This document shows, piece after piece, positions 54,063 through 63,808 of a stretch of DNA of 64,000 nucleotides. Under the pieces are notes generated by a model. It had not been told where the DNA came from and ran no database searches. It saw nothing but the letters and a program-made list of their open reading frames with translations. The position numbers were made by a program, and so were the translations under genes. How positions within the stretch are numbered: position 1 is the first letter of the stretch; each line of letters starts with the position of its first letter. Origin of the DNA: an uncultured Clostridia bacterium (GTDB lineage Bacteria > Bacillota > Clostridia > TANB77 > CAG-508); assembly GCA_944388605.1 (NCBI GenBank), contig CALXJJ010000002.1:17274-81273 (forward strand), given 5' to 3'.

Positions 54063-54086
54063 TGACCAGTCATTCTAATTGAAAAA
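54063..54086 (+). promoter_or_regulatory. Operator-like 24-mer overlapping the fabF -35 box
   Basis: Identical copy of TGACCAGTCATTCTAATTGAAAAA. TTGAAA-17-TATAAA follows. Confidence 0.6.
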
Positions 54087-54156
54087 TCAAGGATTATATT
54101 ATATAAATAATATGTTAAAAGTAGAGATATATTAGGTAAGAAAGGATTGATACAAA

Positions 54157-55398
54157 ATGGAAGAAAAAAGAGTTGTTGTAACAGGTATGGGTGCAATTAC
54201 TCCTATAGGTAATAATATAGAAGAATTTTGGAGAGGAATAAAAAATGGAGAATGTGGTATAGATAAAATAACAGAATTTGATGCAAGTGATTTTAAAGTA
54301 AAATTAGCAGCAGAACTAAAAGGATATAATCCGGAAAATTATTTTGATAAAAAAGCATGTAAAAGAATGGATAAATTTGTTCAACTTTCAATAATAGCTG
54401 CAAGAGAGGCTTTTAAAGATAGTGGAATAAATGAGGAAAATACAAATATGGAAAGGGTTGGAGTCGTTGTAAGTTCTGGAATTGGTGGATTAAATACAAT
54501 TGAAGAACAAAATAAAATTGTTATAGAAAAAGGCGTAGATAGGATCTCTCCATTATATATACCAATGTCTATTGTTAATATGGCGACTGGAAATATTGCA
54601 ATAGATTTAGGAGCAAAAGGAGAATCTTTTTGTATTGTAACAGCATGTGCAAGTAGTACGCATGCAATAGGTGAAAGTTATAGAATGATCAAACATGGAT
54701 ACCAAGATGTAGTAATAACAGGAGGAACAGAAGCATCTATAACACCAACAGGAATATACGGATTTACAAATGCTAAAACACTAACAAGTGTAGAAGATAA
54801 AAATAGAGCAAGTATTCCATTTGACAAAGAAAGAAGTGGATTTGTAATGGGAGAAGGAGCTGGAATATTGATATTAGAAGACTTAGAACATGCTAAAAAA
54901 AGAGGTGCAAAAATATATGCAGAGATTATAGGATATGGTGCAAGTTCTGATGCTTATCATATAACATCACCACTACCAGATGGAAATGGTGGAGCAAGAG
55001 CGATGATTTCAGCAATAAAAGATGCTAAAATAGATTCAAGTGAAATATCATATATTAATGCACATGGAACATCAACACACTTAAATGATATGTGTGAAAC
55101 AAAAGCCATAAAAACAGCCTTGGGAGAAGAAAATGCTAAAAAGGTGATGGTAAGTTCAACAAAAAGTAATACAGGACATTTGTTAGGAGCAGCAGGAGCA
55201 GTTGAATCTATTGTTTGCATAAAAGCAATGGAAGATAGCTTTGTACCACCAACAATTAATTATAAAGTTCCAGATGAAGAATGCGATTTAGATATTGTAC
55301 CAAATGAAGGAAGAAATAAAGAAATAAAAATATCAATGTCAAATTCATTAGGATTTGGTGGACATAATAGTAGTATTATATTTAAGAAATATAATTAA
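54157..55398 (+). CDS. fabF: 3-oxoacyl-ACP synthase II
   Basis: RVVVTGMG, active-site TACASS, HGTST and GHLLGAAG. 413 aa. Confidence 0.92.
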   Translation: MEEKRVVVTGMGAITPIGNNIEEFWRGIKNGECGIDKITEFDASDFKVKLAAELKGYNPENYFDKKACKRMDKFVQLSIIAAREAFKDSGINEENTNMERVGVVVSSGIGGLNTIEEQNKIVIEKGVDRISPLYIPMSIVNMATGNIAIDLGAKGESFCIVTACASSTHAIGESYRMIKHGYQDVVITGGTEASITPTGIYGFTNAKTLTSVEDKNRASIPFDKERSGFVMGEGAGILILEDLEHAKKRGAKIYAEIIGYGASSDAYHITSPLPDGNGGARAMISAIKDAKIDSSEISYINAHGTSTHLNDMCETKAIKTALGEENAKKVMVSSTKSNTGHLLGAAGAVESIVCIKAMEDSFVPPTINYKVPDEECDLDIVPNEGRNKEIKISMSNSLGFGGHNSSIIFKKYN

Positions 55399-55425
55399 AT
55401 CTATAAGGAGGACTGATTATAAATT

Positions 55426-55848
55426 ATGAATTATGATGATATTAAAAAACTAATAGATGATATGGGAAATTCCAAAATAGATGAATTAAAAATAGAATTT
55501 CCAGATGGCATAAAAATTAGTATGAAAAAAGATTTGAGAGAACCATTAGAGCAAAATATGACTATAAAGTCTAAAAAAGAGAGCAATCAATATGTAGAAG
55601 AAAAAGCTGAAGAATATAAACTAATAAAATCACCAATGGTTGGTACTTTTTATAGTAAATCTTCTCCAAATGCAGAACCCTATGTAAAAATAGGAGATAA
55701 AGTAAAAAAGGGAGATGTACTTTGTGTTATTGAAGCAATGAAATTGATGAATGAGATTGAATCTGAATATGATGGAGAAATAGTTGAAATTTCTGCAAAG
55801 GATGAAGAAATGGTAGAATATGGTCAAGTATTATTTAAAATAAAATAG
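55426..55848 (+). CDS. accB: Acetyl-CoA carboxylase biotin carboxyl carrier protein
   Basis: Biotinyl-lysine motif [13 protein letters not shown] near the C-terminus. 140 aa. Confidence 0.9.
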   Translation: MNYDDIKKLIDDMGNSKIDELKIEFPDGIKISMKKDLREPLEQNMTIKSKKESNQYVEEKAEEYKLIKSPMVGTFYSKSSPNAEPYVKIGDKVKKGDVLCVIEAMKLMNEIESEYDGEIVEISAKDEEMVEYGQVLFKIK

Positions 55849-55862
55849 ATTGGAGAAAAATT

Positions 55863-56285
55863 ATGTTGAATATTAAAGAAATAATGGATATAATTCCACA
55901 AAGAGAACCATTTTTAATGATAGACAAAGTAGAAGAATATATACCAGGTGAAAGTTGTATAGCATATAAAAACGTATGTATTAATGAACCACATTTTAGA
56001 GGACACTTTCCTGGAAATCCAATAATGCCAGGAGTATTAATAGTTGAAGCTTTAGCACAGACTGGAGCAGTAGCAATACTTTCTAAGGAAGAAAATAAAG
56101 GAAAAAATGCTTTATTTGGTGGAATTGATAAATTAAGATTTAAAAAGCAAGTTGTTCCAGGGGACACATTAAAATTAGAAGTAAAGATTATTAAACAAAA
56201 AGGACCAATTGGTGTGGGAGAAGCTGTGGCAACTGTTGATGGACAGATAGCAGTAAAAGGAGAATTAACATTTGCTATAGTGTAA
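55863..56285 (+). CDS. fabZ: 3-hydroxyacyl-ACP dehydratase FabZ
   Basis: [13 protein letters not shown] and [23 protein letters not shown] hotdog signature. 140 aa. Confidence 0.92.
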   Translation: MLNIKEIMDIIPQREPFLMIDKVEEYIPGESCIAYKNVCINEPHFRGHFPGNPIMPGVLIVEALAQTGAVAILSKEENKGKNALFGGIDKLRFKKQVVPGDTLKLEVKIIKQKGPIGVGEAVATVDGQIAVKGELTFAIV

Positions 56286-56308
56286 AAGAAAGGAAAAGTG
56301 CATAGAAT

Positions 56309-57652
56309 ATGTTGAAAAAAGTATTAATTGCAAATAGAGGTGAAATAGCAGTAAGAATAATAAGAGCGTGCAGAGAAATGGGAATTCCTACTGTTGCAGT
56401 ATATTCAGATATAGATAAAGATGCTTTACATGTAAAATTGGCTGATGAAGCTGTATGTATAGGCCCAGCTAAAAGTAGCAAAAGTTATTTAAATATAAAA
56501 AATATAATAGAGGCAGCATGTTTAACTGGTGCTGATAGTATACACCCCGGTTTTGGTTTTTTGTCTGAGAACAGTACATTCGCAAAAATTTGTACAGAAA
56601 TAGGAATAAAATTTATAGGACCATCATATGAAATGATAGAATTAATGGGAAATAAATCTAAGGCAAAAGAAACAATGAAAAAAGTAGGAGTTCCAGTAGT
56701 TCCAGGTTCTGATGGATTAGTTCAAAGTTTAAATGAAGCAATAGAAGTGTCTAAAAAAATAAAATATCCTGTAATAATAAAAGCATCTAGTGGAGGAGGA
56801 GGAAAAGGAATTCGTATTGCTTATTCAGAAGAAGAACTTATAAAAGCATATGATTTAGTAAAACAAGAAGCAAAGAATTCTTTTAATGATGATAGTATAT
56901 ATATAGAAAAATTTATAGAAAATCCACGACATATAGAAATTCAAATTTTAAGTGACGAATACAGGAATGCAATTCATTTAGGAGAAAGAGACTGCACTGT
57001 TCAAAGAAGAAATCAGAAAATGCTAGAAGAAACTCCTTCTGGAGTAATAGATGATAAATTAAGAAAAAAAATGGGTGAAGTAGCTGTAAAAGCAGTCAAA
57101 GAGATTGGATATTCAAATGCTGGAACAATTGAATTTTTAGTAGATAAAAATAAGGATTTTTATTTTATGGAAATGAATACAAGAGTACAAGTGGAGCATC
57201 CGGTAACAGAAATGTTTACAGGAATTGATATCATAAAAGAACAAATAAAAATTGCGTCAGGTGAAAAGTTGGAATATAAGCAAGAAGATATTAAATTTAC
57301 AGGACATAGTATGGAGTGTAGAATAAATGCTGAAAATCCGGATAAAAAATTTATGCCATGTCCAGGTAAAATAATTGGACTGCATTTACCAGGTGGAAAT
57401 GGAGTAAGAGTAGATACAGCTATATATTCTGGGTATACAGTGCCAGGATGTTATGATTCAATGATAGCAAAAGTAATAGTCCATGGAAAAAATAGAGAAG
57501 AATCAATATCAAAAATGAAAAGTGCATTAGGTGAATTTATAGTAGATGGAATTATAACTAATATAGATTTTCTTTATAAAATATTGGAAAATAAGAATTT
57601 TATAGAGAATAATTATGATACATCTTTTATACAAAAAGAATTTAATATATAG
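56309..57652 (+). CDS. accC: Acetyl-CoA carboxylase biotin carboxylase subunit
   Basis: KVLIANRGEIAVRIIRAC, ATP-grasp GGGGKGIR, EMNTRVQVEHPVTE. 447 aa. Confidence 0.95.
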   Translation: MLKKVLIANRGEIAVRIIRACREMGIPTVAVYSDIDKDALHVKLADEAVCIGPAKSSKSYLNIKNIIEAACLTGADSIHPGFGFLSENSTFAKICTEIGIKFIGPSYEMIELMGNKSKAKETMKKVGVPVVPGSDGLVQSLNEAIEVSKKIKYPVIIKASSGGGGKGIRIAYSEEELIKAYDLVKQEAKNSFNDDSIYIEKFIENPRHIEIQILSDEYRNAIHLGERDCTVQRRNQKMLEETPSGVIDDKLRKKMGEVAVKAVKEIGYSNAGTIEFLVDKNKDFYFMEMNTRVQVEHPVTEMFTGIDIIKEQIKIASGEKLEYKQEDIKFTGHSMECRINAENPDKKFMPCPGKIIGLHLPGGNGVRVDTAIYSGYTVPGCYDSMIAKVIVHGKNREESISKMKSALGEFIVDGIITNIDFLYKILENKNFIENNYDTSFIQKEFNI

Positions 57653-57686
57653 CTATTAGAGTTGAATGCTAAAATGGAGGTTTATT

Positions 57687-58553
57687 ATGGTTATAGACAA
57701 AATAAAAAAAGTGACAAAACAAGAAAATAGCTCTGAAAAAAATGTAAAAGCTTCTGATATGTTAATTGGCAAATGGGTTAAATGCGACAATTGTAAAGAA
57801 ATAATATATAAGGAAGATTTACATAAAAATTTAAGTGTTTGCCCAAATTGTGGAAAACATTTTAGATTATCAGCAAGACGCAGAATATCTGAGATAATAG
57901 ATGAGGGAACATTTGTAGAAACAAACATAGGAATTAGAGATAATGATCCACTAAATTTTGAAGGATATCATAAAAAATTAGAACAATTAAGGGAAAAAAC
58001 AAAAATAGAAGAAGCAGTTAAAACAGGAATAGGAAAAATAAATGGAATGGATACAGTAATTGCTGTAATGGATGGAAATTTTATGATGGGAAGCATGGGA
58101 AGTGTAGTAGGAGAAAAGATAACAAGGAGTATAGAATTGGCAGTTGAAAAAGAGCTACCTATTATAATATTTTGTGTTTCAGGTGGTGCAAGAATGCAGG
58201 AAGGAATTGTTTCACTAATGCAAATGGCAAAAACATCATCAGCATTAAATAAGTTAAATGAAAAAGGATTATTATATATATCAGTTTTAACAGATCCTAC
58301 AACAGGAGGAGTTACTGCGAGTTTTGCTAGTTTAGGGGATATAATACTTGCAGAACCTAATGCTTTAATAGGATTTGCAGGACCAAGAGTAATAGAACAA
58401 ACAATGAATCAGAAACTTCCAGCAGGATTTCAAAGATCAGAATTTTTATTAGAACATGGATTTATAGATAAAATAGTAGAAAGAAAAGACATGAAGGAAA
58501 CTTTATATAAAATATTAAAAATGCATCAAAGGAGTGAGAATAGTAATGAGTAA
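57687..58553 (+). CDS. accD: Acetyl-CoA carboxylase carboxyltransferase beta subunit
   Basis: Zinc finger CDNC...CPNCGKH and [11 protein letters not shown] 57687 follows GGAGG; the track ORF starts at 57666. Confidence 0.9.
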   Translation: MVIDKIKKVTKQENSSEKNVKASDMLIGKWVKCDNCKEIIYKEDLHKNLSVCPNCGKHFRLSARRRISEIIDEGTFVETNIGIRDNDPLNFEGYHKKLEQLREKTKIEEAVKTGIGKINGMDTVIAVMDGNFMMGSMGSVVGEKITRSIELAVEKELPIIIFCVSGGARMQEGIVSLMQMAKTSSALNKLNEKGLLYISVLTDPTTGGVTASFASLGDIILAEPNALIGFAGPRVIEQTMNQKLPAGFQRSEFLLEHGFIDKIVERKDMKETLYKILKMHQRSENSNE

Positions 58554-59365
58554 ATCTTTAACTGCATGGGAAAAAGTTCAAGTAGCAAGAAATCCAGAAA
58601 GACCAAAAGCGTTAGACTATATAGAAAATATATTTGATGACTTTATAGAATTTCATGGTGATAGAAATTTTGGAGATGATAAATCAATTGTAGGAGGAAT
58701 TGCTTTATTTAATAATAAACCTGTTACAGTAGTAGGTGAACAAAAAGGAAAAACTACAAAAGAGAATATGGAAAGAAATTTTGGCATGCCAAATCCAGAA
58801 GGATATAGAAAAGCATTAAGATTAATGAAACAAGCTGAAAAATTCAAAAGACCTATTATAACTTTTATAGACACTCCAGGAGCATATGCAGGAATGGGAG
58901 CGGAAGAAAGAGGTCAACGGAGAAGCTATTGCAAAAAATATAATGGAAATGTCTAAACTTAAAGTACCTATTATTTGCATAGTTATAGGAGAAGGTTCAA
59001 GTGGAGGAGCTTTAGCATTAGCTGTAGGAGATAAAATATTAATGCTAGAAAATTCAGTATATTCAATTTTATCACCAGAAGGATTTGCAAGCATTTTATA
59101 TAAAAATTCTAGTAGAAGTGAAGAAGCTGCTGAAAAAATGAAGATAACTTCAAAAGATTTGAAAGAAATGGGAATAATAGATGAAATAGTTAAGGAACCT
59201 TTAGGAGGAGCTCATAAAAATATAGAAAAAATGTGCCAAACATTAAAGAAATCTATAGAAAATAATTTGAAAGAATTAGAAAAATATTCAGAGACAGAAT
59301 TATTAGAACTGAGATATATAAAATTTAGAACAATCGGAAATTTTGCAATTAGTGAAAATAAATAA
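58546..59365 (+). CDS. accA: Acetyl-CoA carboxylase carboxyltransferase alpha subunit (as sequenced, needs a +1 shift at CGG 58918-58920)
   Basis: The upstream ORF ends ...[15 protein letters not shown] then CGG. The +1 frame continues [36 protein letters not shown], which is contiguous AccA sequence. Confidence 0.85.
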
Positions 59366-59384
59366 AATTGAAAGGATGATAATA

Positions 59385-60155
59385 ATGATATTAAAAGATA
59401 AAAAAATATTGATAATGGGAATTAGAAATAAATGGAGTATAGCATGGGGAGTAGCTAAATCAGCATATGAACAAGGAGCAGAAGTAATATTTACATATAG
59501 TTCAATGGAAAATGTAGAAAAGATAAATACATTAATTTCAGAGATACCAGGTGCAAAAGCATATGCATGTGATGTTGGAACAGATGAAGATATAAAAAAA
59601 TGCTTAGAACAAGTAAAAGAAAATCATGGAAAAATAGATGGTATATTACATGCAATAGCTCATGCATATACAGATGATTTAAGAAATGATTTTATAAAAA
59701 CTTCAAGAGAAGGTTATAGTCATGCATCAGATATTAGTGCATATTCACTTGTAGCAGTATCAAGAATTGCTATGGAATTAGAACTACTTAATCAAGGAGC
59801 AAGTATTGTAGCTTTAACATATTTTGGCTCAGAAAAAACAGTTGCAGGGTATAATGTTATGGGTGTTGCAAAAGCAGCTTTAGAAGCAAGTATTAGATAT
59901 TTAGCTAAAGATTTAGGATTAGAAAAGATACGTGTAAATGCAATATCTGCAGGACCAATAAAAACACTTTCAGCAAAAGGAATAAAAGATTTTAATAGTA
60001 TATTAGATGTGGTGGAAGAAAGAGCACCATTACATGATAATGTAACAACAAAACAAGTAGGAGATGTAGCAAGCTTTTTATTTAGTAATTTGGCAGATGC
60101 AGTAACAGGAGAAATAATACATGTTGATAATGGATTTTCAACAGTAGGTGTATAG
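59385..60155 (+). CDS. fabI: Enoyl-ACP reductase FabI (SDR type)
   Basis: KKILIMGI.N..SIAWGVAK and YNVMGVAKAALEASIRYLA (Tyr-x6-Lys). ATG 59385 follows AAAGGA; the track ORF starts at 59343. Confidence 0.88.
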   Translation: MILKDKKILIMGIRNKWSIAWGVAKSAYEQGAEVIFTYSSMENVEKINTLISEIPGAKAYACDVGTDEDIKKCLEQVKENHGKIDGILHAIAHAYTDDLRNDFIKTSREGYSHASDISAYSLVAVSRIAMELELLNQGASIVALTYFGSEKTVAGYNVMGVAKAALEASIRYLAKDLGLEKIRVNAISAGPIKTLSAKGIKDFNSILDVVEERAPLHDNVTTKQVGDVASFLFSNLADAVTGEIIHVDNGFSTVGV

Positions 60156-60193
60156 TTTATGAAAAAATAAAATATGATAAAAATTATAAAATA

Positions 60194-60237
60194 ATTTTTA
60201 GGGTTATAGAAAATATATATTTTCTATAACCCTAAAA
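60194..60237. terminator. 44-bp perfect palindrome / terminator after fabI
   Basis: TTTTTAGGGTTATAGAAAATAT|ATATTTTCTATAACCCTAAAAA. Confidence 0.8.
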
Positions 60238-60364
60238 AATGGGCAGAAAAATATTTATATTTTCCATAAAACAAGAATAGAAGAAAAATCTCTTATTAGG
60301 GAGATTTATTCATATAAATTCACGATAAAAATCGACAATAAACGACAAAATTAGATTCAACATA

Positions 60365-60393
60365 TTGACAAAAAGGCAAAAAAGATATACTAT
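60365..60393 (+). promoter_or_regulatory. Promoter for the GH13 gene
   Basis: TTGACA (60365-60370), 17-nt spacer, TACTAT (60388-60393). Confidence 0.5.
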
Positions 60394-60436
60394 ATAATTA
60401 TATAGAAGTAATAAACCCAAGCTGTAATAAGAAAGG

Positions 60437-62350
60437 GTGATTATTATTAACAGCACAAAAGTAGAAATTTTTGCTCGGATGTTAAATTCAGCAAAAAATG
60501 AGTATGAATTTGGAATAAAAATTCCAGATTCGTATGGGTATGTGTGTAAAGCACAGATGTTGCTTTATAAGGCAAATTCCCAAAAGCCAAAGAAAATAGA
60601 ATTGTCGTACAAAAGTAAAGATGATAACATTAGCTTATTTACAGGAACAAACTGTATCAGGAAAAAAGGATATTACTATTATTGTGCTGAGTTAATTATT
60701 AGTGATAAAGGTACACTATTTATTTACTATAATAAAGAAAATAGAAATGCTTATATATCACAAAAAAATGAAGATTCAGCAAAATTAATAGTAGTTCCAG
60801 AACAAGGTTTTCAAACTCCAGAAAGATTTGCACGGTGTAGTAGAATTTTGCAATGCTTTGTAGACACAGCATTTTTTAATGAAGAATGGTTGAAAATTCA
60901 GAAAGGTTCTACCCAAGAAGCAATATTCATGAATAGGGATTCTCAAGTACATTGGGAGCCCGCAAATGATGGAGAATTCTATAATAATTACTTTTTCGGA
61001 GGTAACTTGTTAGGAATTTATGAACATCTAGAAGAAATAAAAGCTAGAGGATATGATGGCATATATTTAACTCCAGTTTGGGAAAGCTCATCAAATAATA
61101 GATATGCCTCAAATGACTTTTTGGAGATTTCACCAATTGCAGGTACATGGGAACATTATAGAATGATGTGTGAAGAAGCACATAGACTTGGCATGTTAGT
61201 AATTCAAGATTTAGCATTTAACCATGTCTCAACTGATTCTAAATATTTTAAGGATAGCTATAATAATCCCAATTCAGAATATAGAGATATGATAAAATGG
61301 AATACTAATACTGAATATGAATATTGGTATGAGTTCAAAGATTTTGCAATTACTAATAAAAATAGTGAAGTCTTTAAAAAAGAAATGACAGAATGCATAA
61401 AAAAATATTTTATGCATGGTACAGATGGAATACGTTTGGATTTAGCAATGATATTACCTTCTAATACATTAAGAGAAATTAGAAGAGTGGTACATGAAAT
61501 TAATTCAGATGCCGTGATTTTTGGAGAAGGATGGAATCTAGCCACAGAAGAATATGGAGAATCTCAAATTCTAGGAGATCAAATTGATTCTCCAATGAAT
61601 TATCCAATGTTAAATGCTCTTGTAAAATGGATACGATTTGGTGATATAAAAACTTTAAATATGGTTTTTAGTAAAATTACTGAAGATTATCCTCAAGAAG
61701 TTCAAAAAGTCTTAATGAACTTATCTAGTTCACATGATACTGCTACATCTATGTTTTTATTATTAGATTCATTGATTAGTGATTTATATAAAAGATGTCC
61801 AAATGAAGAGATCTGGAATATAGAACGCGGGAGTGAATTTGAAGTAATAAGAAATAGCTCTGTAGTAGGATTTAGAACAAGAGAGTTCAGAGAAAAAGAA
61901 CTTATGCATGACAATCTAAGAAAAGATAAGTATTACTTTGGATTAAAACTTCTAAATATTCTAACTACTGCTTTAACATTTTTTGTAGGTATACCATTCG
62001 ACTTTGCAACACAAATATGGGGAGCGAAAGATCCTTTTAATAGGAAAGTATATCAAGGCAAAGAAGATATGAACTATATTAAATTAATTGAATCTCTTTC
62101 AATTATAAGGAAAAAGTTCATACATATATTAGCAGGAGGAGAATGTAAGCTTATTCAATTAGATTCGTCCATATATGCATATACAAGGGAAAAAGAAAAT
62201 GAGAAAATGCTTATTTATTGTAACAGAAGCAAGAATAGTATAAAAATTAATGTGCCTGAAAATTACAAGATAATACAGGCAAGTGATAAAAACAGTACAA
62301 ATGAAGAAATTGCTGGATTAAGTACAGTAATATTTATAAAGTGCTGTTAA
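60437..62350 (+). CDS. Divergent glycoside hydrolase family 13 (alpha-amylase superfamily, neopullulanase/cyclomaltodextrinase-like)
   Basis: GH13 regions are recognisable: DLAFNH (I), GIRLDLA (II), FGEGW (III), SSSHD (IV). There is an N-terminal extra domain. The start codon is uncertain (GTG 60437 is embedded in the SD). Two in-frame CGG codons. Confidence 0.7.
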   Translation: MIIINSTKVEIFARMLNSAKNEYEFGIKIPDSYGYVCKAQMLLYKANSQKPKKIELSYKSKDDNISLFTGTNCIRKKGYYYYCAELIISDKGTLFIYYNKENRNAYISQKNEDSAKLIVVPEQGFQTPERFARCSRILQCFVDTAFFNEEWLKIQKGSTQEAIFMNRDSQVHWEPANDGEFYNNYFFGGNLLGIYEHLEEIKARGYDGIYLTPVWESSSNNRYASNDFLEISPIAGTWEHYRMMCEEAHRLGMLVIQDLAFNHVSTDSKYFKDSYNNPNSEYRDMIKWNTNTEYEYWYEFKDFAITNKNSEVFKKEMTECIKKYFMHGTDGIRLDLAMILPSNTLREIRRVVHEINSDAVIFGEGWNLATEEYGESQILGDQIDSPMNYPMLNALVKWIRFGDIKTLNMVFSKITEDYPQEVQKVLMNLSSSHDTATSMFLLLDSLISDLYKRCPNEEIWNIERGSEFEVIRNSSVVGFRTREFREKELMHDNLRKDKYYFGLKLLNILTTALTFFVGIPFDFATQIWGAKDPFNRKVYQGKEDMNYIKLIESLSIIRKKFIHILAGGECKLIQLDSSIYAYTREKENEKMLIYCNRSKNSIKINVPENYKIIQASDKNSTNEEIAGLSTVIFIKCC

Positions 62351-62354
62351 TACC

Positions 62355-62382
62355 AAAAGAGAGTTCTATTGAACTCTCTTTT
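62355..62382 (+). terminator. Rho-independent terminator after the GH13 gene
   Basis: AAAAGAGAGTTC-TATT-GAACTCTCTTTT, a 12-bp perfect stem. Confidence 0.85.
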
Positions 62383-62390
62383 GATATTAA

Positions 62391-62462
62391 CAATTTTGAC
62401 TTTGCAAAATTAGCTTAGGAACAAATTTATTAAAAAGCCAAAGAAAAAGTTAAAGTTTGTTC
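62391..62462 (-). repeat. Family A repeat, copy A7 (truncated, reverse orientation)
   Basis: CAATTTTGACTTTGCAAAATTAGCTTAGGAACAAATTTATTAAAAAGCCAAAGAAAAAGTTAAAGTTTGTTC matches the central modules of A5/A6. Both ends are missing. Confidence 0.7.
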
Positions 62463-62571
62463 CTGTAAGAAAACAGCAAAATACTGCTTGAAATATAAGA
62501 AAAACACTTGACATTTACATAAAAACAAATTATTATATATATGTAATAAAAGAGAGAGAGGAAGAAACTAT

Positions 62572-63441
62572 ATGCATGCTCAGATGTTAACATCGAAAAT
62601 GGGAGGGGAATTAATAAGCTTTAAACTAGATGGTGTAGAAAAAATACATCAAGGAACAGAAGTTGTAGATGAAAATGGTAAAGTTTATTGGAAAAGACAT
62701 TCTCCAGTATTATTCCCAATAGTAGGAAAACTAAAGAAAAACCAAACAATTATAAATGGTAGAACATATGAGATGAGCCAGCATGGTTTTGCTAGAGATT
62801 TAGAATTTGAACCAATAACCAAATTGGATAATTTTCATTCTTATGTTTTAAGAAGTAATAAAAATACAAAAGCAAAATATCCATTTGATTTTGAATTATA
62901 TATAACATATAGATTAGATGGAAATAAACTAACAACAATATATAAAGTTATAAATAAGAGTGATACAATTATGCCTTTTGGAATAGGTGGGCACCCAGCA
63001 TTTAAAATAGACTACAATGAATTGAAAGAAGGAAATTATTACCTTGAATTTGAAGAAGAGGAGCAAAAAATACATTTCCTATACTTAGTAGATGGACTTA
63101 TAGGAACTGAGTATGCCCAAAATAGATTGAAAGATAAAAGAATAATATTACTAGATGAAAATTCTTTTAATAATGATGCTTTAATAATGAAAGGAATGAG
63201 TGGAAGTAAGTTAAGTTTAAAAAACAGAAGAGATAATAAAACTATAATTACTATGGATTATTCCGGATTCCCATATTTAGCAATTTGGTCTAAGCCAGGA
63301 GCACCATTTATTTGTATAGAGCCATGGCAAACAACTGCAGATACATGGAAAACAACAGGCATATTTGCAGAAAAGACAGATATTATAAAATTAAGACCTG
63401 AAGAAGCTTTTGAATGTAAATATACAGTTGAATTTTATTAA
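62572..63441 (+). CDS. Aldose 1-epimerase family protein (LacX/YihR-like mutarotase)
   Basis: 289 aa. QHGFAR, GGHPAF and CIEPW segments are typical of the galactose-mutarotase-like fold. Confidence 0.7.
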   Translation: MHAQMLTSKMGGELISFKLDGVEKIHQGTEVVDENGKVYWKRHSPVLFPIVGKLKKNQTIINGRTYEMSQHGFARDLEFEPITKLDNFHSYVLRSNKNTKAKYPFDFELYITYRLDGNKLTTIYKVINKSDTIMPFGIGGHPAFKIDYNELKEGNYYLEFEEEEQKIHFLYLVDGLIGTEYAQNRLKDKRIILLDENSFNNDALIMKGMSGSKLSLKNRRDNKTIITMDYSGFPYLAIWSKPGAPFICIEPWQTTADTWKTTGIFAEKTDIIKLRPEEAFECKYTVEFY

Positions 63442-63484
63442 TGCGTATATTTAATATATATAAACAGAGAGGAATGTAATAAAA

Positions 63485-63724
63485 ATGAATTTAATAGATA
63501 TGTTTTTTATATTATTTGCAGTAATAGTTCAAGCAATAGGTGTAATATTAATATATGATGCTAGGGCAATAACAAAAAAAGGATTTGGTTTTGGAGATCA
63601 AAATGAAGCAACTATGGGACTTAAGATACTTGGAACAATTATGTTCTTTATAGGTATATTTATGTTATACCGGAAAAAAATAAAGAATAAGTATATAATA
63701 ATTAAAAATTGTAGGGAAAAATGA
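63485..63724 (+). CDS. Small two-TM membrane protein, hypothetical
   Basis: 79 aa with two hydrophobic segments and a basic tail. In-frame CGG at 63671-63673 just after TM2. Confidence 0.45.
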   Translation: MNLIDMFFILFAVIVQAIGVILIYDARAITKKGFGFGDQNEATMGLKILGTIMFFIGIFMLYRKKIKNKYIIIKNCREK

Positions 63725-63788
63725 TAATAGAAAATAAGAAAAAGGAGAACAAAAGAAATGAAAAAAATGGCTGAAAGCCTTGAGGCTG

Positions 63789-63808
63789 TATATATATATA
63801 TATATATA
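63789..63808. repeat. (TA)10 dinucleotide microsatellite
   Basis: Ten uninterrupted TA units, lying inside an SD-preceded 18-codon sORF (63758..63814). Confidence 0.9.

Noticed and set aside
53043-54156. Missing acpP between fabG and fabF, considered as a gene loss caused by the orphan insertion.
   Set aside because: As far as I recall, in many Clostridia acpP lies with plsX elsewhere rather than in the fab cluster. Its absence here is therefore not evidence of replacement. No acpP remnant (DSLD-type motif) is visible in any frame.
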